This document shows positions 28,410 to 36,123 of a stretch of 63,045 bases of DNA, in pieces. Below the pieces are notes generated by a model. It did no database searches. It was not told where the DNA came from and worked only from the letters and a program-made list of their open reading frames with translations. The first letter of the stretch is position 1. The number at the start of each line of letters is the position of its first letter. The stretch spans positions 1 to 63,045 of the forward strand of contig CAMCSM010000005.1 in NCBI GenBank assembly GCA_945877805.1, written 5' to 3'. The stretch comes from Methylacidiphilum caldifontis. Lineage in GTDB: Bacteria > Verrucomicrobiota > Verrucomicrobiia > Methylacidiphilales > CAMAQI01. The translations under genes and the position numbers were made by a program.

Positions 28410-29611
28410 GTCACCAGTAATGATTTGCTGTTAAAAAGACCTTGGTTCCATAAATACCCGGGGAGATCTCCTTTCTTGTAAAGGCGAACCAAGAGAGGGT
28501 GATCGGAAGCATGATAGACAGTAGATTTGCCGTTTTCCTTTTCGAGCCAATAAATACAGTCCAGTGGCACAGAATTTAAAAAATCGGGCGAGTGAGAAGA
28601 GACAAATACCTGTCCCCCCCGCTCGGAGTATTGTAAAAATTCCTCCGCTAAAACACTCATTAACTCGGGATAAAGCTGATTTTCCGGTTCTTCAACACAA
28701 AGAATCGGATGTGGTTTTGGATCAGCCAATAAAACCAGATAAGCAAACATCTTAATCGTTCCATCGGAAACATTTTTGTCGATAAAAGGATCCACAAAAG
28801 CACCATCTTTGTATCTCATCAACAAGCGACCATCATCCGTGACAGTAACCGCAATGTCTGCGACACCAGGCACTCGCTCCAACATTTTTTTCTTAATGGA
28901 CTCGAAAATACCAGGATGTTTTTCGTATAAATAGCGAGCGGTGGAAGGGAGATTATCTCCGCTTGGTGAGAGATGGAGGGAATCTTCCTCCTCTTTGTCT
29001 CCGCGAGCACTGCTGATATGAAAGTCGGAAATATGCCAGTTCTCAATTAACTGGCGAAATGCGGAGGCGGCTTTAAACCGTTCAAATTGGCCTAAACCTT
29101 TTACGGCAAGTGTTTCAGGAGAATCCAATTTTTGAGGTTCACGCGTTAACTCAGAATCTTTTTTATCAAAATCCTCTTCGTTCGTAATCGCATAGCCTTC
29201 TCCGTTCTTAAAATCAATAAAATGGAAAGGAGATCCATGGGGTCCACGTTTATAGCGAAGGATTTCACGTTTAACGATGGGACCATTGCCTTGGTCATTT
29301 CCAATTTCAAGACGATAAGTCACCAGTCGATTGGTGCCAGCGATATCCAATCGAAACTGAATTTCGATCTCTAAATCTTCATTTTCATGACCACGACTAA
29401 GGACTTCTTTTAATCCATTGCGGCCACCTTCAATATTTAAAGCGGCCCTTACATTTTTTGCCAGGCAGTTTTTAAGGAAAGCAAATACTCTAAACAGGGT
29501 TGTTTTGCCTGTACCATTGCGCCCAACAAAAACACAATAGGGAGGAACCTCTGTAATTTCAATATCACAGAGGGCCTTAAAGTTTTTGACTCGGATCGTT
29601 TCAATATTCAT
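28406..29611 (-). CDS. ABC/AAA_15-21-type ATPase partner of DUF4276
   Basis: 'IRVKNFKAL', Walker A 'GRNGTGKTT', 'CVEEPENQLYP', 'SSHSP'. Confidence 0.8.
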   Translation of the reverse strand: MNIETIRVKNFKALCDIEITEVPPYCVFVGRNGTGKTTLFRVFAFLKNCLAKNVRAALNIEGGRNGLKEVLSRGHENEDLEIEIQFRLDIAGTNRLVTYRLEIGNDQGNGPIVKREILRYKRGPHGSPFHFIDFKNGEGYAITNEEDFDKKDSELTREPQKLDSPETLAVKGLGQFERFKAASAFRQLIENWHISDFHISSARGDKEEEDSLHLSPSGDNLPSTARYLYEKHPGIFESIKKKMLERVPGVADIAVTVTDDGRLLMRYKDGAFVDPFIDKNVSDGTIKMFAYLVLLADPKPHPILCVEEPENQLYPELMSVLAEEFLQYSERGGQVFVSSHSPDFLNSVPLDCIYWLEKENGKSTVYHASDHPLLVRLYKKGDLPGYLWNQGLFNSKSLLVT

Positions 29612-29675
29612 AAATTTTTAACCCAGAGATTAATATGATTTTCATAGCTCTTTGCACGCTCTAGACCAGTGAAAA

Positions 29676-31451
29676 TCATTCCTCCTCCTTCTTACAAATA
29701 CTCTTTGTCTCCGCCAGCAGATCGTCAAATTTTCCATAATTCACTTTTACACCGTCATCGAGATCGAGGGAAATCCGTTGATCGGCGAGGTGGCGGAGTT
29801 TTTCTTCGAAGTGGTGGAGCTCCGCCTGTTGTTTGACGATCGTCTCCTTCTCTCGCTCCAGCTTTTTGCGGGCACTCGTGGAGGTCGCAGCGGCGATGTC
29901 GTCCTCGAGATGAGCGATCCGAGCGGTGAATTTGGATTGGAGGGGGATTACATATTCCGTCCGCATCCGGGAGAGGGTTCCGGGATTATAGCGATGGAGA
30001 TAAACGAGGGCTTGGAAGGCCTGCTGTTTCCCGCTGGTGAAGAGCCAGTAAATCGGCCGCTTTTTGTAGGTCTGAAGATGATCCTTGTAAAACTTATCGG
30101 CGAGATAGGAGCGAATGATCTCACGGGGGGAATCTCCAGAGATCCCAAGACTGGAGGCGATCCAGGCGAGATTTTCCTCCAGATGCTCCCGTGGCCAAGC
30201 GGTGGCGATGAATTCCTCCAGCCGGTTTGCGGTATCGTCGGGGAACCAGGCCATTCCGGTCAGGGGAACAATCCCATCGGCATCGGCAGGAAAGGTCATG
30301 TAGTTTTGAGGATCGAATCCTTCTCCTCCGGCGTTGGCATAAACTAAGCCAGGTTTATCGAGCGAATAGCGCCCCATCATGCAGCCGATGGCGTAGGAGA
30401 TCAGTTCTTTGGCGGTGTCGCGGCGTAAAAGGGATTCATACTCCTCATCGGTCTTCCCTGCGCCATAACGATAGACGGGATTACAGGTCAGTGTGATTTC
30501 TTGAAGAGGAACATCGGGTGTTAATTCATCTTGAAGTCCGTAGGCGTCGATGAAAATGCGGTTGTTTTCTTCCTCCAGCCGTTTCATCTCCAGAGTCATG
30601 GAGTGCCAGTGGGACCGAAGCTTTTGATAGGTTTTCTGTGCAGTTGACAAAATGAAGTTCGAATTAAGTAGAGTTAACTCAATAAAATCCCAAGAGGATT
30701 CGTAGGAGTTCCAGTCTATTTTATGAAAAGCAATTAATTGTTTGCAATGTTCATCAATGAACTTGTACTTTTGATTTAAAATAATAGGGATTAAGGCAAC
30801 ATTTCCAACTTGAAAATTTAATGTAGGGTTCATCGCCTTCATGAAGCCGTGTGAAATATTTGAACATAATAATCCAGTCAGAAAATACCTGTCCTCTTCT
30901 GAGGGGAATGCAGATGATCCGGCAACATCAAATATAGCTTTTGTATCGGAAAATCTAACGCCAAAATAAGACGAGCTAACAAACGACCAAGTAATCGATT
31001 CGTGAAAATAATATTCGCAATTTTGAGGACGAGATCTCAGTTTGCCTTTTTCATCAGTAAAACTCTTAATTTCATAACCATTCTTTTCCCAATTAACTAT
31101 ATTTTCATTATTTCCATACCACTTACGATATTCCCCGCCTTTATTATATGGAAACCATTTCTTACTAAAATCGTGACTGCTTTTGCAATAAAAGCTGATT
31201 TTTAAGCGCGAAACTTCAAACCATTCTCGAACAAATCTCTCATTGTTTCCTGTTTGTAATCCGACTTTTACTGGTGCGATTTCCTCTAATCTTACATTGT
31301 CTTTGAAAGCCTTTCTTAATTGATCACTCGTCCAATAAGCAATCGGATTTCCGGGGATTTTCTTGAAATCATCAGCGGAGGCGCGGAAGAAGTAGCGGTC
31401 GGTAGTAGACGGTAAGGAATTGGTTGTGGATGGATTTTCAGAGGCACTCAT
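29676..31451 (-). CDS. pglX: BREX methyltransferase PglX, C-terminal half (TRD + C-terminal helical domain) as a separate ORF
   Basis: Starts with the TRD-entry motif 'IPGNPIAYWTS..GLQTGNNERFVREWFEV' and ends 'KKRPIYWLFTSGK..ALVYLHRYN..VNYGKF'. It has its own ATG 1 nt after the Shedu-like stop. Confidence 0.85.
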   Translation of the reverse strand: MSASENPSTTNSLPSTTDRYFFRASADDFKKIPGNPIAYWTSDQLRKAFKDNVRLEEIAPVKVGLQTGNNERFVREWFEVSRLKISFYCKSSHDFSKKWFPYNKGGEYRKWYGNNENIVNWEKNGYEIKSFTDEKGKLRSRPQNCEYYFHESITWSFVSSSYFGVRFSDTKAIFDVAGSSAFPSEEDRYFLTGLLCSNISHGFMKAMNPTLNFQVGNVALIPIILNQKYKFIDEHCKQLIAFHKIDWNSYESSWDFIELTLLNSNFILSTAQKTYQKLRSHWHSMTLEMKRLEEENNRIFIDAYGLQDELTPDVPLQEITLTCNPVYRYGAGKTDEEYESLLRRDTAKELISYAIGCMMGRYSLDKPGLVYANAGGEGFDPQNYMTFPADADGIVPLTGMAWFPDDTANRLEEFIATAWPREHLEENLAWIASSLGISGDSPREIIRSYLADKFYKDHLQTYKKRPIYWLFTSGKQQAFQALVYLHRYNPGTLSRMRTEYVIPLQSKFTARIAHLEDDIAAATSTSARKKLEREKETIVKQQAELHHFEEKLRHLADQRISLDLDDGVKVNYGKFDDLLAETKSICKKEEE

Positions 31452-31452
31452 T

Positions 31453-32688
31453 TTATCTCTTGATTCTAGAAACTTGTAGTTTTTTGAGCTTCATCATGGC
31501 AATAATATTGCTCAGACGACATAGCAGGTCGTCATAAGTCATAATATCAATCATGTTAGCATATTTTCTTCGAATAATCTCGAAGTCAAATTCCTGTTCA
31601 CTTGTAAAGTTATCGTCTCGGCCTATCAGTATTAGAGCCTTTGGATTAGTTATCTTGAGTTTGAACTTCTCCGGAAGTTCCTTTTTGTGTTTTTTATATA
31701 TTTCCTGCTCGCCTGCTTGCCCCCATTTACTCAGGTGAAATAAGTATTTTTCAGCCTGCATAATAGTACCTGACAGCTCTGCTCTTGGTGTATGATTGTC
31801 GCGGTATTTACTGCTCGAAATAATGCAATGAGAAAACGGTTTTTTAACTTCGATAATATCAATACTACCTTTGGCATCTACAAGCATTAAATCAACAAAT
31901 CTGTTTGTTGTCTTATCTAATCTTGTATAAAAATCTTTAATGCGAACGTTTTCAAGAACGGCAATATACTTTGGAAAAACAAATAGCACGAAGGCTAATA
32001 TTTTTTTTTGCCACGTTTTTTCCTCATAGCTATCAGCCTCAGTCAACATAGTACTAAGTTCATCGTGTATATATTGGAATTTTTGTAATTCATGTGCGAC
32101 AAGGACTTGGTTTGATGGGTTATTTTTTAGTGAATTTTTCTTTGCCATGTAACGATTTAACTTAGCTTCAGGATCCGACATGGTCGCAAAATAATCTTTA
32201 AGTACTCTTGATATCCGTGTCTCAGCGTAATGAGATATCTCTGTCGTTGAAGGAAAAATTTTTAGAAATCGCTCAAATTCTGCAGGATGGATTGCGTTTT
32301 CTTTTTCTCCTCCAACAATAATCGCCTCGTCGATCAATTCATCAATTTTTCTAAAAACAGAAATATTCCTTTCAGCAACAAAAAACCTTTTTGTTAATTT
32401 AATTTCCTTACTAATTAACAAGTCGTGTTTCAGTCTAAGAATGGTCTTATTTATTTTATAATATTTTCCCTCTAAAGTTCCAATTTTGAATGTATATTCT
32501 CTATCATCATTAAAATCAATTTGAACACCGTCGGAATCTAGATCCTTCTTTGTAAGAAAGAACGTGTGTAAGATCCTTATTTCTCCTGCTTTTGCTTCTA
32601 GCTCTCTATCGATCCAGTTCGGATCGGTAAATTTGAAAGGTTCATACTTAAGTAATAAATAATTTTTTTCTCTAGAGATCTCTATCAT
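31453..32688 (-). CDS. Shedu-type (SduA-like, DUF4263) PD-(D/E)xK nuclease
   Basis: 'FVDLMLVDAKGSIDIIEVKKP', 'IMQAEKYL', 'ALILIGRDD', 'IDIMTYDDLL'. This is the DUF4263 core with a variable N-terminal domain. Confidence 0.8.
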   Translation of the reverse strand: MIEISREKNYLLLKYEPFKFTDPNWIDRELEAKAGEIRILHTFFLTKKDLDSDGVQIDFNDDREYTFKIGTLEGKYYKINKTILRLKHDLLISKEIKLTKRFFVAERNISVFRKIDELIDEAIIVGGEKENAIHPAEFERFLKIFPSTTEISHYAETRISRVLKDYFATMSDPEAKLNRYMAKKNSLKNNPSNQVLVAHELQKFQYIHDELSTMLTEADSYEEKTWQKKILAFVLFVFPKYIAVLENVRIKDFYTRLDKTTNRFVDLMLVDAKGSIDIIEVKKPFSHCIISSSKYRDNHTPRAELSGTIMQAEKYLFHLSKWGQAGEQEIYKKHKKELPEKFKLKITNPKALILIGRDDNFTSEQEFDFEIIRRKYANMIDIMTYDDLLCRLSNIIAMMKLKKLQVSRIKR

Positions 32689-34634
32689 TTCCCAACCCTC
32701 CGTGCAGCTTGAAGATTTCTTTCGTTTAATGGAGGAAACTGCTTTGGCTTATTGTCTGAGTCCATGTCTTCATACTCAACAAAACAAAAAGCTCCTTTAT
32801 ATTCCTTGATGTAGGAGTTTCTCCAGATCGTTGCAGAAGTTCCAAACGCAATTCCCATAACCATATTGGCCATGTGAGCCATGCATTCAATCGTTGCATG
32901 ATCTAATAATTTTTCTCGGAGTTTTTCGTAGGATGATAAGAACATCCAGCTCTGCATGGTGACCATTCCGCTGTATCCATTTTTAAGGATCATTTCCAAT
33001 CCTCTTTCGATAAACATCGCAAAGAGATCGGATTTGCTATCAGGGAATACTTCCTTTGCCCATGTGCTCAACAATGGATTCATTCCCTTGCTCCCCATAT
33101 AAGGCGGGTTCGCGACAACCGCATCGTATTTACGGGAAAGGTATTCGGCCTGCTCGATCAATTTCAGAATACGTTCCAGTTGTTCCGAGATGAAAAGATC
33201 CTGTCCATCTTCCGCATTCCGCACCTCTGCCCACTGGCGCAATATCGGTAGTGCTTGCGTGAGGGAATCCGGAATGGTAATCAATGACCCAAAAGTTTTG
33301 GCATGGGCGAAAAGGCCGACAAGTTCCTTCAGTTCCGTTGGCAGGGGGGATTTGGTTGATGATGATGGGCGACTTCCCAGCAGTGGCTGTGCGTTGATTT
33401 CTGGAAGTAAATCCCCAGACTCGAAAGGGGAGGGGGAGGTTGGTTCTCCCAAAAGTTCTAAGTGAATTCCTCCGCTTTCTGAAAAGCAGAGGATTTTCGG
33501 GATGACTCTCCGTGTAAAAATTTGACGATCATCCTCTCGTGCTTTCATCATCAGGGCAAATCCGGCAAGCTGGGCCGCCCGTTCATCGATTTCTAGTCCA
33601 AAGAGATTTTTTTCGAGAATTAGCGTGGGAATCTCTTTTTTGAGATAGCCCCGTTCAAGATAGATTTCCCGGAAGAGATCGTAAGCTTCCACCAAGATAT
33701 GTCCGGAGCCGCAGGCGGGATCGAGGAGTGTGAGTTCTTCGGGGTTGAGGCTTTTGGGGGTGGAACAGTCCATCTCCGCCTGCACCTCGGGTGTCTGATC
33801 CCCTGGAGGAATATAATAAGTCATTTTGGCTTTTAATCCCGATTGTGGATAAGTGGCCATCCATTGAGAACCGAGGGTATTCTGCACCAGATATTGAACA
33901 ATCCACTTCGGAGTAAAAAGCTGCGTGGCAGCGGGAATATCCTCCGATTTGACCACTTTTCCGATGACCGCGTCTTTCTTTTCAGAGATATAATATTGAT
34001 AAAGCCAGCCGACAATTTCGACCTCCTGCCAATCCGAGGCATCGACTTCCCGAATCATTTTTCGAATGTTCGAATCGGTATGAAGGAGGTTTTCAGAAAG
34101 CAGGAGCTCGGTCGCTCCTCCGACAAATTCAAAGAGAAAGGGCATGGCCTCGTGAAGTTGATGACATTGCTCCAAAAGCAAATATCGATAAAGCTCCGCA
34201 TCTTTTGTTCCCTCCAACTTGAGCGAGAGAACTTTCTGCTTGTCCAATCGGGACCAGTCGAGGAGTTCCGCTTTTTCCAGAATTTCAGGGATCGATTTTT
34301 CTGGATCGGGATGACTCAAAACCCGCAGACCGTGATCGAAATAACCGTGGAGCTCCATGAATCGAATGGCGACGAGCCGATTGAACCAGGAATAGGCGGC
34401 CTCCTCCATCGACGCTTCAAATCCCTGCTTCTGAATTTTATCCTTCAGAAGACCGTAGGCATGGAGATCGGAGCGGGGAAATGGTCTCCCCTCGATCAGG
34501 ATGAATTCCCCCGACTCTTTGACCGTCGCGAATCCCTCCTTGGAAATTCCATAGAGAGATGCCTGGGCGGTGACCGCGGCGATAAAATCTTTGCGTGCCG
34601 ACTGGGCGTAGGTTTTGAGAGCGCTTTTATTCAT
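32685..34634 (-). CDS. pglX: BREX methyltransferase PglX, N-terminal half (N-domain + N6-adenine MTase core) as a separate ORF
   Basis: PglX-type N-terminus 'YSWFNRLVAIRFME', SAM motif 'LLDPACGSGHILVEAY', catalytic 'VVANPPYMG'. The stop overlaps the Shedu-like ATG (ATGA). Confidence 0.85.
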   Translation of the reverse strand: MNKSALKTYAQSARKDFIAAVTAQASLYGISKEGFATVKESGEFILIEGRPFPRSDLHAYGLLKDKIQKQGFEASMEEAAYSWFNRLVAIRFMELHGYFDHGLRVLSHPDPEKSIPEILEKAELLDWSRLDKQKVLSLKLEGTKDAELYRYLLLEQCHQLHEAMPFLFEFVGGATELLLSENLLHTDSNIRKMIREVDASDWQEVEIVGWLYQYYISEKKDAVIGKVVKSEDIPAATQLFTPKWIVQYLVQNTLGSQWMATYPQSGLKAKMTYYIPPGDQTPEVQAEMDCSTPKSLNPEELTLLDPACGSGHILVEAYDLFREIYLERGYLKKEIPTLILEKNLFGLEIDERAAQLAGFALMMKAREDDRQIFTRRVIPKILCFSESGGIHLELLGEPTSPSPFESGDLLPEINAQPLLGSRPSSSTKSPLPTELKELVGLFAHAKTFGSLITIPDSLTQALPILRQWAEVRNAEDGQDLFISEQLERILKLIEQAEYLSRKYDAVVANPPYMGSKGMNPLLSTWAKEVFPDSKSDLFAMFIERGLEMILKNGYSGMVTMQSWMFLSSYEKLREKLLDHATIECMAHMANMVMGIAFGTSATIWRNSYIKEYKGAFCFVEYEDMDSDNKPKQFPPLNERNLQAARRVGK

Positions 34635-36109
34635 GAAGATTTGAGGAATTTGATCCCCTTTTTGGAGATGCGGTATTTTTGAAGACGACTGTTCGGTTTT
34701 TCGGGGATTGTCCGCTCGATCAGTCCCTTTTCAAGGAGCGGAAGGAGATGACGTTGATAATTCAAATAAACACTGGCAAGCCCCGCGGCCTTCAGGAGAT
34801 CGATCTTGGTTTTTGGGGTGTTGGAGCAGGCCTTTAAAATCATCGCGACTTGCTCACTGACTTGCTCACTGACTTGCTCACTGACTTGCTTGTTTGACTG
34901 GGCCCGTGACTGGGCCTTTAGTCTGGATGTCTCTCCTTTTCGAGACTGCGTGCGAGAGAGAGGGAGGATTTTGGGCAACGGGACGGTGAAACGGACTCGG
35001 CCTGCGAGTTCTTCAATGATCGGGTCCTGGAGTTTTTCAGCTTTGGCCTGACGGAAGATCCCGGGGATACCGCTCCCCCATTGCTCGACGAGATCGAGTT
35101 CACGAAAGACGCGGGCGATCACCGGATTGCGGATCTGTGAAACACCTCGTTTCAGTTCTTCAACGGTCAACCCCGGCAACAATAAACCCGGGCTTTCGAC
35201 CTCGATTCGATTATCAAAAAAAGCAATGCGGGTCGGCGTCCCTCGATGAGAATAATCGGCATGCACGAGGGCATTGATGATGACTTCACGCAAGATATTG
35301 ACGGGGATACTCCAAAGATCTTTGCGACGGATCTCCGAAAAATCGGCCCCCCGCATGGCGTGTTTTTTGAGAAAGAGCATAATCGACTCCACGGCATGGG
35401 GAAGGGGATCGAGGAGATCGATATGATCAAAAATATCCGCTTTGTCATTGCCGATGAAGCGCCCGCATTGAATCCAGGCATCATCAAAATGAAGGCGCCT
35501 CTCTTTGGCATAGAGGAGAATGCCTCCCTGACTTGGAACCAGTCGGCCCTGATCCTTCACGAGGATCCGGAGACTTTGCAACATCGGCTTATCGACAGTG
35601 CGACCTTGAAAATCTTCCTGAATCGCCTTTAAATCCAAAGCATCGATATCAAGGTCGGGCATTGGCAAGGCATCGAAGCTGACGCCCGCAACACCCCGTT
35701 GTAATTCTGCGATGAGTTGGGGATCGGCCTGTCGGTTTGTCGAACCGAGGCGGACATAAGCCCCACGGTCGATTCCTTCCGCTTTGAGGAAATGGGGGCG
35801 GGTTCCACTCAGAAAAACTTCAACCACCAAGAGCGTTTTGCCCTGGACGGTCATCATCTCAATATTGGGCACCAATCGGGGTGAGATCGAATCGGCGATC
35901 AGATTCGCCAAACGCTCCTCTTCATCGAGTGGCGACTCGATCCCCAAAACTTTGCGATCATCGGTTACACCAAGTACCAGACGGCCGCCAGCGGAGTTCG
36001 CGAAAGCGACCAACGTTTTTAATAAAGGGGTGGGGGAGGATAAATTCCGCTTGAACTCAAGGGTTTTGCTCTCGGGCTCATTTAAAATTTCAGTAAAGGG
36101 ACGGTTCAT
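34631..36109 (-). CDS. AlbA_2 (Schlafen-like) + HATPase_c_4-like + C-terminal wHTH putative regulator
   Basis: 'ESKTLEFKR..LLKTLVAFANSAGGRLVLGV' is the AlbA_2 motif. 'INALVHADY' and 'WGSGIPGI' are also present. The C-terminal wHTH ends 'NSRLQKYRISKKG'. Confidence 0.8.
   Translation of the reverse strand: MNRPFTEILNEPESKTLEFKRNLSSPTPLLKTLVAFANSAGGRLVLGVTDDRKVLGIESPLDEEERLANLIADSISPRLVPNIEMMTVQGKTLLVVEVFLSGTRPHFLKAEGIDRGAYVRLGSTNRQADPQLIAELQRGVAGVSFDALPMPDLDIDALDLKAIQEDFQGRTVDKPMLQSLRILVKDQGRLVPSQGGILLYAKERRLHFDDAWIQCGRFIGNDKADIFDHIDLLDPLPHAVESIMLFLKKHAMRGADFSEIRRKDLWSIPVNILREVIINALVHADYSHRGTPTRIAFFDNRIEVESPGLLLPGLTVEELKRGVSQIRNPVIARVFRELDLVEQWGSGIPGIFRQAKAEKLQDPIIEELAGRVRFTVPLPKILPLSRTQSRKGETSRLKAQSRAQSNKQVSEQVSEQVSEQVAMILKACSNTPKTKIDLLKAAGLASVYLNYQRHLLPLLEKGLIERTIPEKPNSRLQKYRISKKGIKFLKSS
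34847..34916. repeat. In-frame 12-nt tandem repeats (gacttgctcact x3 + degenerate copy, then tgactgggcccg x~2)
   Basis: Units at 34847, 34859 and 34871, a degenerate copy at 34883, then 34895 and 34907. They encode AQSRAQSNKQVSEQVSEQVSEQV in the regulator linker. Confidence 0.9.
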
Positions 36110-36123
36110 GACTTGAAGCGGGG

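Noticed and set aside
34847-34916. Tandem 12-nt repeats considered as a possible mini-CRISPR or other array.
   Set aside because: The units are contiguous with no spacers, only 12 nt long, and lie in frame inside a coding linker. They are reported as a coding VNTR instead.
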